From Pseudovirgaria hyperparasitica (taxonomy: Eukaryota), in assembly GCA_010093815.1 (NCBI GenBank), contig ML996593.1: 64,000 nt of DNA. One strand, written 5' to 3'. Below are positions 23,914 to 36,800 of this stretch, in pieces (within the stretch, counting starts at the first letter, position 1; every line of letters starts with the position of its first letter). The position numbers and the translations under genes were made by a program. Below the pieces are notes generated by a model, which was not told the DNA's origin, made no database searches, and was given only the letters and a program-made list of their open reading frames with translations.

Positions 23914-25034
23914 ATGAGATATGTTCGGTTCCTGAAGCCGCCCAAGATTGAAGGGCGGCAATTGAAGGCACTGATCACAATAGCGAACGATCTAGGAGAT
24001 GAGCTACTCGCTGAGCATACAATACTGTATGCATGTCTCGTATCCAATAGTCAGCCCAGTTGCGTCTACGTTACCAGTACAGTTGCCTGGACGACATACT
24101 CTCGGGCTGTTCCTGTGGTTCTAGAGCTCGGCGAAGCGAGAATCCAGATTTGGCCTGCTCGACTATACGTGGGAGTGCATCCTCAACCTGAGTCTGACAC
24201 AATGAACAAAGTGATGGGTAATGGTACAATTGTGAGGCAAGGCATCTTGTCGGCATACAGCACGACCCTGAATCCTCGCGATGGGTTGACGATTGCGGCT
24301 CCATTAGTAGAGCGGATCTTTACTTCCGATGCTAGAGGATGTTTGAGACTATGGGAAGAATCAGGGGAGAGTATAGCGCGGCATACATGGTATGCAGCCA
24401 CGTTACACATAGAGTAAATCGTTTTCAACATATTTGTGCTGATCAAGCATGCAGGGACGCGGGTGTTGCCTTTGCTGCCTTCGTAGAGGCTACTGGTGGA
24501 TGTATTGATAGCAAGACATTGCAAGGTACTTCACCCCAAATGCACAAAACCCCACTCAGGGTCATCGAGCTCGGAAGCGGCACCGGTGTCGTAGGATTGA
24601 GCATTGCAAAATGGCATCCAAGCGCCATGGTCGTCCTCACGGATCGAGGTGAAGCGGAAGCAATAATCTTGCAGAACATTGCTACCAACCAAGGGCTATC
24701 CTCGAAAACCAGCTTTACACGCTTGGATTGGGAAGAGGAGCTACCTGCCAGGGTCCAGGAGTCCGGCGATGCGTTCGACGTCGTCGTAGTTGCCGACTGT
24801 ATCTACAACAGCGATACTACTCCTTTTCTAGTTCAAACGCTGGTAAGGTTGGTAGATCGATCCCCATCAGCCATGATAATCATGACTATGAAGATTCGTC
24901 ACCCTAGCGAGGCCATTTTCTTCGAGCTAATGAGGGACAAGGGTTTCGTGGAATTTGACCATTCGACACTCCCAAACCCACCTAGCGACGATGAGCAGAT
25001 TGAGATGCATCTCTTCCGGCGAGGTGATGCATGA
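23914..25034 (+). CDS. SAM-dependent protein methyltransferase (Methyltransf_16/METTL21-like), 2 exons
   Basis: MRYVRFLKPP...WEESGESIARHTW|DAG, VIELGSGTG, LDW, ADCIYN. Intron ~24390-24454. Confidence 0.88.
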
Positions 25035-26745
25035 GAGGTACATTGCATGTCAAGCATGTCGATAGGTTAAATCGAGTGCGGTCCAATAAATAATGCAACT
25101 ACGTACACTGTAGAATGGTATCAGCCCAAGACTAGAAGCGGTAGAAGATGATTACGTGTGTTCTGTTCGCGCATAAGGGATAGGAAACGTAGGTTCGTTG
25201 CAATCGCAAGTAGGCAAATTGTGCCGTCTATCCGCCTGATACCCCATTAGCACCAACACCACCACTATGCGAGGATGGATGGAGAAATGGCGGTAGGGGC
25301 TAGAATTGATAGTATTGACGGAATCGTAGAGGTGAATGGTGCGGGGAGGATGGACATCTACACGAGACGATCCTGCGATGTGGCCGGTACCAGGTCTTAG
25401 ATTTCATAGTGTACTATGGATTCCTTTGTTTGATAGCACGAGCACGTCGTCAATATCCAACCAAGCTTCCAAGGTTGCTGTGAGGCATTTATTAGCCGGA
25501 GCCGACGACCAGATGTTAGTGGCCAGCCATAATTAGCCAGCACAACCGCACACACCTTAGCAGCTGATGAGGGGACCAAGAGCCGCGAAAAGGCACCAGC
25601 AGCACCAGCAGCACCGGCACCATGCGAACATGTTTCTATCTACGTTAAGTCATGTACAGAAAGGCCACCACATGTCACAGACTGACTAGCACTCAGTTAG
25701 TTGAATAAGAATAGCTAGAGCTGAAGGTAGGGGGTGAATTATCCGAAGCTGACGAATTGCGGCCACAGGGAGGTTCCGGCAAGTGACGCAACACGGACGA
25801 CTGGCCGTGCGAGGGTTGCAGATTGCAGCTTAATACAGGTTGCAGGTTGCGGGGCTCGGCGGTCGGTCTGACGCCTGGGTGGGCTGCTGTATGGCTTCGC
25901 TTTGGCACAAGCAGGGTCAGTAGACTGTGGACCGTGGACCGCAGACTCTAGACCAGCTGGCCTGTACCTCACCCGGCATGTTTTTTAAGGTAATAAATGC
26001 AGGTTATCTAACATGATTACCTTTGGATGTACCGTACCTGGACTGCCCGGTAAAATAATAGTTAGTGGACCGAGGTAGAAGGGTACTATTCACTAGTTTA
26101 AGCGGTAGCTGGACAAGCTTTCTAACCTAGCAGCCTAGAAGTTATATTTCGGATGACGAACAAATCTTACATGTGGCTTAGGGGTTATTCTTTCCGATTG
26201 CAAAATTCGTGTGGCGTTGGCGTTTGCGCGAAAAAAAAAAAAACTTGACTCTACGTAGCGCTTCTTCCTCTTTCTCTACTATCAACTTCACTTCCCAATC
26301 TATACTCAACCACATCTCTTCCACACTACTCCCCAGAACCATACGAACACATGGTCTTATCCTGCCATCACCCCGCTCAGCAATAACCGCTCCGCTTCCT
26401 CCTACCTCCTCCTTCTTTGCAAGCATAGGTAGCCTTTAGGAATCCCACTAGCTACTGCACAACGCTTGCCAATCCGATCGACTGCGCATTCGCGACCTCG
26501 TAAGCCAACTATCCCGTCCGTCTTAAATCTCGACTCTCCTGTCCCCGGTCGCACATCTGCCACCACCACCGCGATGCCGCGAGCCGAATAAATACCTCTC
26601 ATCTCCTTCCTTTCCGTCTCTCCTAAACATAGCCATCGCTTGCGCCCACTAAGCATCTGACTTTCACCGCTTCTTCGAGCCCCTGGTCGGCAGCTTGCAC
26701 TAATTCGCTCTCGACAGTGCCGTATATCTCTCAACTGCCGTCCAA

Positions 26746-27039
26746 TTGAACCTTTGGTCATTTCCCAAAGGCACTTATACAACACGGCCTTGCCGGCCAC
26801 AACACAGTTTTATCTCCAACTTGTTTCAATTCGACCACACCCAGACATCCTCAACACCTTGCCTCCCCCTGCTGAGAACGCCATCTACTTGTGAGGCTTG
26901 TGAGAAATCTCCTCAATCGCACAGCACACCCACCGCTTTGGTCCCAGGATACTCTCAGCTGCCGCATAGGACGACCTCCTTGGGGGTTTCTCGTCTTCCA
27001 GACGAAGACCGCCCCCAGATCTTTTTCGAGCCACCATAA
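26746..27039 (+). promoter_or_regulatory. Candidate non-AUG regulatory uORF (uCC-type) in the ODC leader, ending IFFEPP*
   Basis: No ATG in 26577-27104. In-frame near-cognate starts are TTG 26746, TTG 26821, ACG 26878 and TTG 26938 (gctTTGg). The ORF ends Pro-Pro-stop. Confidence 0.6.
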
Positions 27040-27104
27040 CCAAGTGGCCACCATTTCAGACTTCTCGATCACAGACTCCTCTCCGCAGAGCTGATTCTCC
27101 TGGT

Positions 27105-28486
27105 ATGGCACCTTCTGCTATTCTCACTGAAGAATACACACCGTTTTCGATTACCAATCGTCGACTCTTCAACTCCAAGGATGTTGTGGCCGATGCTCGT
27201 CGTCACAATGCTCATCATGCCAAGCAGCTGATCGGAGACGCTCTTCGGGACCGGGTCAGCTCCATTGACGGAGACATCTGCGATGTGGGCGACGAGGACA
27301 CATTCTTTGTAGCTGATATGGGAGAGGTCTACCGCCAGCATATGCGATGGAAACTGAATCTACCAAGGGTCAAGCCTCACTACGGTAAGCGAATCCGACC
27401 TAATTCGTTCCACGCCCTGACAACGTGACAGCCGTCAAGTGTAACCCAGACCCAATGGTCCTACGTCTCCTTGCAGAGATGGGTACCGGCTTCGACTGCG
27501 CGTCCAAGGCTGAAATCGAGCAGGTCTTGAAGATGGGTGTTGACCCATCTCGCGTCATCTATGCCCAACCTTGCAAGACCAAGTCATATGTGCGATACGC
27601 TGCGCAGAATAATGTCAATCAAATGACGTTTGATAACGCAGATGAATTACATAAAATCAAGCAGCTCTTCCCGGAGGCCGAGCTGTATCTCCGTATTGCT
27701 ACCGATGATTCAGCCAGTTTGTGCCGGCTCAGCTTGAAGTTCGGCGCCACTCTGGACTCTGCAAACGAGCTTTTGCAACTTGCAAAAGGTCTAGACCTCA
27801 AAGTCGTTGGCGTCGCGTTTCACGTGGGATCTGGGGCTTCTGACCCTAACGCCTTTCTCAAGGCTGTTACAGATGCACGCTGGGTCTTTGACCAAGCCGA
27901 GGGTCACGGTTTCAACATGCACACTCTTGATGTTGGCGGTGGCTTTGTCGGTGAGACATTCGAGGCCATGGCTGCTGTGCTTTCGGGTGCACTCGACGCG
28001 TACTTCCCTCAACACGTTCGCATCATCGGCGAGCCTGGTCGATACTACGTGTCGGACGCTTTCACCATTGCGACACACGTCATCGCGCGCCGTACAGTCA
28101 GCGATAAGTCCCTTGACTCCAACTCCTACATGCTCTACCTTAACGACGGGGTATATGGGAACTTCTCCAGTATCATCTTTGATCACCAGCATCCAGTTCC
28201 AAAGATCTTGAAGAACGGCAATGTCTTCAAGCACGAGAGCACAGCAGGCAACGACGGTGTTGCACTGACTGAATACTCCATTTGGGGCCCCACTTGCGAC
28301 GGCATTGATTGCATAACATCCTCTTGCACTTTTCCGGAAGTGATTAACGTCGGTGACTGGCTCTACTTTGAAAGCATGGGTGCCTACACTAAATGTTCAG
28401 CTACACGCTTCAACGGTTTCACGGACAAGCATGATTGCATCTACGTGTCCAGCGAGCCTGGTGCGAGCGCACTTCTCGACCTGTAA
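27105..28486 (+). CDS. SPE1: Ornithine decarboxylase, 2 exons
   Basis: PHY|AVKCN (PLP lysine), FDCAS, HVGSG, DVGGG, EPGRY, WGPTCDG. Intron 27385-27431. Confidence 0.97.
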
Positions 28487-28972
28487 ATACCATAGAAAAC
28501 GAAAACCAGAGGATTTCAGGGTGGATCGTTTGCTTGGTTTATCTGCTTTGGAGAGGTAGTTCTTGAGTCCTCATTTAGACATGGCGCACTCCGTTTGCTG
28601 ATAGACAACATATGTACCTTCGCCATGTAATCATCATCATAAAAGTACCAAAAAATCTCGATGATCCGCTTTCGTTGCATCTGTTGTTGTTATTGTTTTT
28701 CTAAATACCATGTAAGTGCATGCAAGCTAAGCCAAGTATGCCCTACTTCCCACGTGTATAGATTAACCATACAAGTGTTAAGGACCCCAACCAATAGGCT
28801 AGCCCTGACGGAGCATTGACCACCCGTACCCGGCATCTGGGTTTGCGTCATCGGTGCATCCTTTCTGCGAGGGTGCACACTGGCAGTCGTGAGTATGTTT
28901 GTTCAGCTATCGGTCTTCAAGCTTAAAGACTGTAAACTACTTGAATAACACTGCTTGAACATCGTGAGAAAA

Positions 28973-29820
28973 ATGTCCAGTCAGTGGCCCTACAGCTTAT
29001 GCTCTCTTTCACACATGTTGACTGACCTGACCAATGTGTCTTAGACGCACCTGTAGACTACTGTCCGGCATATCCTCTTTACCTCAGCCGGGCACGCTCA
29101 CACACTCCTAGATGCGATCCTCGAGATCAACTCGAAATCCACTCAGCAACAGATTCGCGATGCTTATAAAAAGTATACCGTCTATATCTCATCTCCGAGG
29201 TCTATGCCCATAGCTAACACTCGCGAAGAGCAGCTCTCAAACATCATCCCGATCGTGTCCCTGAAGGCGATCCCCAGCGATCTACCCGTACCAAGCGATT
29301 TCAGCAAATAAACGACGCCTACTACACCCTCTCCGACCCGACTCGACGCCGAGACTACGACTCCGCACGCGCCTTCCACGGTTTCTCCTCTGCTCCTGAC
29401 CCCGCTGAGGATACTCCACAATCGCAACCAGGCGGTGGCTTCCCATGGTCCTCCTTCGGTTTCGGCAGTGGGCGCGGCACAGCTCCCAGCGAGACTGAAC
29501 ACGAGACATTCAGCAATGAGCAATTTGGTAACGCTTTCGAGGAGATGCTACACGAGCAGGGTATGGCAGATGGCGAGAGCCGACCAACGGGCAAGTTCTG
29601 GAGCGTAGTGGGTGGACTGAGTGGGGGTGCGATGGGTTTCATCATAGCAAATTTTCCTGGTGCGGTTGCGGGTGCTGTGGCTGGCAACAGGCTAGGCGCT
29701 GTACGGGATGCTCGGGGGAAGAGTGTATACGCAGTGTTTCAAGAGCTGCCGCAGGCGGATAAGGCACGGATGTTGAGTGATCTTGCAGCAAAGGTTTTTG
29801 CCCATGCGGTGGGGTCATAG
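28973..29820 (+). CDS. DnaJ-domain protein with C-terminal Gly-rich hydrophobic segment, 4 exons
   Basis: Spliced MSNAPVDYYAILEI..IRDAYKKAALKHHPDR..FQQINDAYYTLSD. Micro-exons of 7 and 18 nt. Confidence 0.88.
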
Positions 29821-30388
29821 ACGTATCCAGACCTTTCGTCTGACCCGATCCAACGGTATATTATGACCAAGCCATAAAGTAGAAGTGTTGCAAAAGGTCC
29901 GAAGAGCTTTTGTACTGTGAAAGAGATACCTGTATTGGTTTATGAATATTTCAGTGACGATTACATCTATAATGAGCAGATCACAAGCAGACGATCAACT
30001 TCTGTCATTAATTCTAGAGGATTTCCGATCAAAATGAGCCCACTTATAGTCGTGATCCGATCTCCTGCTTTCTGAACACACGGTGCACACATACACGCGG
30101 CCGCTTATGAATTTCGAAAAATCGTCGTGTCACATTAAGTCTCATAATAGTTTATTCGCCGCTAAATAGCGCAACGAGTTTGAGCCAAGCTACCAACAGC
30201 TACAATGCGAAACGAATCGGTCGCGACTATCCCAAACATCTTGTGTAGATCGCGCTTTCGCATGTCGATCTCCTTGCCTGTAAATTCGCGCTCACTTGCT
30301 TACTCGGCAATTTCGTGTTATCGTACCTATAGAGTCGTAGCCTCTTCGAGTTGTTCCTTAGCCGTGTATGACTTGCCCTTCCTACCCT

Positions 30389-30817
30389 TCACATAAACAT
30401 TCTCGCCACCTTGACTACACTCCCAAAATCTCCAAATCCGCCAAATACACCATCGCTCCGTCCCTCGTACCCTTGGCTGCTATAATATCCATTGTCATCC
30501 CTGAATCCTCTGGCGCCACCATTTCCTCTCAACGCTGCTGGCAGTTGAATTCCAAACTGTCGCGCAATTTGGTGCAATACACCACCGCTAATCAGGGGCA
30601 TGATGACCATAAAGAGAATTTTGATTGGGTGTCGTCGCGCATAATAATACAACTCCCGGATCAAATGTTTGAACTTGCGCAGAAGCATCTGTATATAGTT
30701 GTCGCGAGGACGACGCTTGTAGTACGATGAACCGGAGCGTGAGTGGGAGGAGAATGTGCTGCTGGCACGAGTGTAGGAGGGGCGCGAATGCGACGAGGAA
30801 GAATTGAACCAGCCCAT
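30389..30817 (-). CDS. Small conserved fungal hypothetical membrane protein
   Basis: 142-aa ATG-initiated ORF: MGWF, Ser-rich start, YYKRRPRD, hydrophobic ILFMVIMPLISGG, Gly-rich tail. Confidence 0.75.
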   Translation of the reverse strand: MGWFNSSSSHSRPSYTRASSTFSSHSRSGSSYYKRRPRDNYIQMLLRKFKHLIRELYYYARRHPIKILFMVIMPLISGGVLHQIARQFGIQLPAALRGNGGARGFRDDNGYYSSQGYEGRSDGVFGGFGDFGSVVKVARMFM

Positions 30818-31139
30818 TGACGCGGAGCGGTTGAAGGCAGACCAAAGTAATGGACTGGAGAGGTAACGAGGTCAGGGGTTCCGTTGTTAAATTGAACGTG
30901 AGGTATTAATATAGGAGTTCAAGTCGGAGCTGCGCTTCAGCCTTGTCGAAGCGTCTCGATTCTTCCACTAATGGTGAAGGCAAAGTCCGTTCTGTGTGTG
31001 TTTGTCGTTCCTGGTCTTCGACATCTCACTAGTCGACGAAGCGAAGCCTGAGGGTGTCGAGGCGGATAGTCAGCTTCTTCGCTCGGTGCTGGGTCCAGGG
31101 GTTATGATTAGCCGATAGGTAAACAGAGGGTTCATCTAT

Positions 31140-31788
31140 CGTTCTCCTAGAACCTAACGAGCTAGAACTAGTACACGCGTATTCTTACCCGTATCTTTCT
31201 ACCTTCTTTCTACTTTTATATCTAATTTAAGAAGATAAAAGATTTAAAAAGTAGATATAATAACTAATTAGCTATATATATATTCTTTTATAAGTTCTTT
31301 TTATTCTTATATAGTCTCTTTAGAGAGATTAAGAAGAATTTTTATATTTTTTATTAGATTAGATACTATAATAGACCTAGATAGACTACTCTAGTCTATC
31401 TATATTTTATAAGAAGTAAAAATACTAGATACTTCTCTTACTCTATTCTTATAGATTAGATTAGTATTAAGATTATTAATATATTAAGTTATATTAGTTA
31501 TAAAGTATACTATTTTCTATCTAAGTATCTAGTTAGTTATATTTATATATCTAACTAGTTTACTACTATCTATATTAATTATATATAATATATACTACTA
31601 CTATAGCTATAATAAGATATCTAAATTTAAGAAAATCTATTATTACGCTTAGTAGTCTTATATATAATACTTAGATAGATATAGATTTATATCTTTATAG
31701 ATACTATATTATAGTTAATCTACTACTAAACTAATATTAGAGAGTTTCTTAGTAGATATAATATACTTTATAGTCTTTTTAGAGTAAT
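31140..31788. mobile_element. Older, heavily RIP-mutated repeat (left part), host of the nested chromovirus
   Basis: Almost no CpA/TpG. The reverse complement of 31501-31615 matches 52555-52675. Confidence 0.7.
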
Positions 31789-32026
31789 TGTAATAAGTAA
31801 AGACGTAGGATAGTAGTCTAATAGTTTATAGAGAGACATAGAAATGTATTTATAGAGTAGTCTTACTCTTATACGAGGTTAATTCCTAACGAGCAGGAAT
31901 CGGTTTATACGGTCTACTTATATAGTAATCTCGCTTAACCCAGCTAACTCATTCTAGCTCTAGCCGCTACGTGGCTATATGGATTAGAATAGTCTATATA
32001 GGTCCGTTAGGGTTCCCGTCCTAATA
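31789..32026 (-). repeat. 3' LTR of chromovirus
   Basis: Begins TGTAA on the + strand. Matches 39527-39764, differing almost only by transitions. Confidence 0.95.
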
Positions 32027-32505
32027 ATATTCTTCTTCTTTTTATACTTCGCCCCAAAGCACTTAAGTATATATAATTCTAAGTCTCTATAATCTATTAT
32101 ATATCTATATATCCGTGACTAAGTTCCTATAATATTATAACTATCCTTAATATAGGTAAACTCGAGATTCTAGTTTACTTTTACTAGTTTATACACGCGC
32201 TTATCCCCTGCTTTATAGCTACTACCTAGAACACGTAATTACTACTTTAGTTAAGTATATATTTAGCTTCGCTCGCCTTTAATTTTATTCTCTAGTATAT
32301 CTATCTCGCTCTTAAGGTAAGTCGTTAATTCATATACTATCTTCCCTAGTTTAGGTTTAGAAGGGTCTATTATAGTCTATTCTTATTAGAACCGGTTCTA
32401 TATAACCTATTCGCGTTATTATAGTTACTAATTTAGCTTCGTTAATTACCGTTAAGGGTAGACGAATATTCCTTCCTTAGATCTCTAGCTAATATATATA
32501 TATAG

Positions 32506-33821
32506 ATGTCTAATACTAGTCCTATCTCTAAGTCTACCTCCTCCTCTCGTAAGACTCGCTCTAAAGGTATTATCTTCTCCCCGGCCACGCCGGCTAAGAA
32601 GCCTATCTATTACGGTGGCACGAAGGCGCGCTCTAAGTTAGAGAAGAGAGTAGCTAGGGCTACTACTACTACTTCTACCTCTACTACTAATATAGCCACT
32701 AGTCGCTCTAATCTAGGTAATTCTAGTACTAAATTTATGGATAAAGCGGTCGTAAGTTCTCCCCTTATTCTAACGCGCACGCCGTCTACTCTACCTCCTC
32801 TAGAGGATAAAGAAGATCTCGTTACGGACGATAATCGCGAGCCCTCGCGCTTACCCACACCGCCGCCTCGCCACTCTCCCTTCCGGTCTAATATAGACTA
32901 ATTTAGTCGCTCTAGGTCCTTTTAGGACCTTAATATTCGCTCTAAACCCTAGCCTACTAATAATAAGGTCTAGGTTACCGAGGATACTAAACGTAGTTAC
33001 GGTTTACGCTATAGGAAAACGGTAAACTACGGTTTAATATACTATAAGTATATTAAGGGCTATATAGCCGGCTCTAAGTATCTCTTTCGCTCTAACTCTA
33101 GTATTAGCTACTACTCTACTAACCGCGACGGGCCTATACGCCCTATCTTTACTCTACCTACCCGCTACCGCCGCTATACTATAACTAGTAAGACTTATCT
33201 ATAGGTAAGTATAATAGGCTATCTTAGTCTAGTATAATCTAAAGTTATCCGCGCTAATACATTCTTAGGTTTCTATATATATATAAGATATATATAATGA
33301 CCTTCGTGTCTATAAGACCCTCGGGGGTCCTTATAGCTATCTATCTACTATATAGAGGGAGTTTAGGGAGCGCTATAAGCTCTTTCTAGAGGTTATTAAA
33401 GTATAAGTTACGAACACGTTAATTATTTTTAACACCTATTAATATTTCTAGCCGCCGCGAGATCCCTAGCGCCTAGACTATCTATTCTAGAGAGTCTATC
33501 CTAGCTATAGAGACCGTAGAGAGGATTTACTCTATCCCCCCTTATCCGTCTCGCGCTACTAACGGATCTTATAAGAGGTCTACTATTTCTCCCTCTAAGT
33601 CGCCTCGTAAGAGGGTATATATTCCCTTCTAGATTATTCTAGATTATATTAGCTAACTTTAGACCTAGTCGCTACGCTCTAGCGCTTAAGGCTCTTCCCT
33701 CTAGGCTCTAACGGATCGGGTTATTACTCTAGAGGCTAAGGTCGTTATCCTCCGCTACTATATTATATAGTTAGAGAGGACTATACTAGAGGTTATAACG
33801 GATGATAAGATAGGGGAGTAG
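32506..33821 (+). pseudogene. RIP-mutated, intron-containing antisense gene carried by the chromovirus (~384 aa)
   Basis: Exons 32506-33204, 33269-33402, 33452-33614 and 33663-33821 join in frame (1155 nt). All internal stops are TAA/TAG, explicable as RIP of CAA/CAG/TGG. Confidence 0.75.
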
Positions 33822-36800
33822 CTCTATAGTTCTAGCTCTATATATTAGCTCTATATATTCTAGATCTACTATAGGTGGTACGCGCTAGCTCTATTTACCT
33901 AGCTTTTATCTATTTTAGTCCTTTTTTAGACCGTTTAGATACCTATCGGCTAGTTTCTAGTAATTTAATTCTTAACTTAATAATATTATATGTGCGCTCG
34001 CTTAGCTTATAACTATCGGTTTCTATATTCTAATTTTCCTTAAGTTACCTAAGTATGGGCACCGTATATTAATTAGTTTATCTCTATAAATTCTATTAGA
34101 GTATCTAAACTAGTAGCCTAGTAGTTATTAGTTCGGGTACTCTAACCTTTTATATTTCGTGTTAAGAGTTTAATTCTATAGTAGGGTACCTTTTTTAGGT
34201 TCTTAGTCCTATATTTTTCTCGTATATAATGGTCCATGTTAGTCCATTCTAGACTCTTCTATTATGGTATATCGCGTCGCGTTCCTAAAATAGTTACTTA
34301 CGCTTTCTTCGCGTCTAGTAACCGTATAATACTTAAATTATAGGGCTACCTTATAGAGTTTTCCTAGTGCGCGTCTAGATTTCCTAATTAAGTACTTTAT
34401 TCTCTACGGTATCCTTCTTCTTTTTATAACGACCGTAACGTCGCTATGTTTATATTAATAATATACTATTCTATATCTTTTACTTATACGCAGCTATTAT
34501 AGAACTTAAGATATATACCGCTAGTTCCTAGGTATCCTCGTCCTTAGTATAGTCCTTCTAACGGATTCTATATTTCTAAATACTATCTTTATTAATTCTA
34601 TGTTTAATAATATAGTCTACTTCGAACACGTCTAGTCTATCTTAGGGTATAATAGAGTATAACTATACGTTTATACGGTTATATATATTAGGTCGAAATC
34701 TTTCGAGTAGTAAGACGTGGAATATATTATAGATTCTTATATCGCTTTCTAAGTCGAGCTCGTAGGCTCTTATACTAATATAACGTTTAATTCGGAAGGG
34801 ACTAGCCATTTTATAATCGAGCTTCTTATTTACTCGTGATATTTATATATTATAAATGTTAAGAAGGACCTCGTCGCCCTCCTCGTACGTCTAATCCTTA
34901 GCTAACCTATTATAGTACTTCGTATATAAGTTATTTACTTATTAGATTATAGCGCGATAGTTACGTGCGGTTTTGAAGATTTTAATCGCTAATTTCTAAG
35001 CGTGGACGTTCATGTCTATTATTCGATTAAATTAGACTATATAAGGCTTAAAACCTATCCTTAGACTACGTCCGAGGTTCGCCTAGAAAGGTATAATACT
35101 AGTTATACTATAACGACTATTATTATATACGAACTCTACTATACTTAGTAGGGAGGCCTAGTCGTCCTACTCGAAATTATAGAATGCGCGTAGATAGCCT
35201 TCGAGCGTCTGGTTCTACCACTCTATCTAGCTATCTATCTAAGAATAAAATACTATAGATATGTTCCTATTTATACTTACTATTTTATAGAATAATATCT
35301 AGAATTTAGACGTGAAGGTACTTCCTCGGTCCGTAACGATTCTTTTTAGTATACTATGGACCTTAATAATCTCGTTCTAGAATACCTACGCTAGTTCTTT
35401 AGATATAATCATCTTCTATACTAGGATATACCTAGATATCTTTATAAGTCTATCTACGATAATAAGAATAGAATTATAACTTATTCTAAGTATCTTACTT
35501 AGAGATAAGTTAACTATAAAATCTATAGTAACGTCTTCCTATATAAAGAGGGGGACTAAAAGAGGCTATAAATTCCTATATAGCTTATGCCTAGGGGCCT
35601 TCGTTCTTTAATAAATCGGATAAGTAGCTATCTATTCTTTAATATACTTAGGTATATCTTCCTAAAAATAGTACTAACGAATTAAGCTTAGGGTACATAT
35701 ATACCTAAAGTATCCTACTAGATTAGCGTCATAGTATCGACTAACTACATTAAATCGCGCCTTACCCATTAGTATATAGTACTTTCTATTATAGTAAAGT
35801 AAGCTATCCACGAAGGTCTACTTATAGTCTACTTTAGTCCGTAATAACCTATCTTACTATATTTTACGTAACTTTAAAACTATTAGGTCTATCTTCTATA
35901 GATCCATAATTAACTAGGTAAGGTTAATTAGATATTCACGCTGGGCATTATCGCCCTTCCCGACAGCGCTAATAAATGGCCTACTAGGGACTTCGGTACC
36001 GCGTCTTTGGTTACTAGCTTCGGTCTTAGAGATTTAATTACCGGTATCGACGTTAGTATCTCGCTAATTACCTAATAACTTAAAATCTAACCTTGTCCTC
36101 GAGAGTTAGGCCTATAGCTACTCTAGGACTCTATAGCTACTATAATCCTAGGCGCCTTCTTTATAGTTAGATCTTCTTAATATTCTATTAGCTAGGTTTA
36201 TACTTCTAGATCGATAGTAGATTATAAAGTGAAAGTTCGTAAGCTACTTAGCCTATTAAATCTATTAACGGTTTAAAACTATTATACTTATAAACCCCTT
36301 TAAGTTATAGTAATTAGTTAGTAACTCGATATTATATATAGTACCTTTAAGATAATATCGCTACTATTTAAACGACTCTACTATTACTAGTAGCTCTTGG
36401 TTATAGATAGTATATCTAGTCTTAATATCGACTATTTTACGCGAGAAGAACGCAACTAGATACTATTAGACCTTTTTAGACTTAGTTAGTCTAGACTAGG
36501 AGAGAATATCTAAGATTATAAATTCTAACGCGTTAGTTTTAACGTGGATAGGTTTAGTCGGGTCGAAGTGCACTAGTAATAGAGTAGTTATAAATGCCTC
36601 TTTGATTTTCTCGAAGGAGGCCCTTTCGCCTTCTAATAATTCTATAGACTGCGATTTAATATTATACTATTTCTATCTACCGTGGACCGTAATAGATGAA
36701 TCTATAGTAGTAGTATACGCGTTAAGTGGTACTACTAGCCAGGAGAAGTACTTAATAAATTTTCAGTAGTAATTAGCAAATCTAATAAAGACACGTATAT

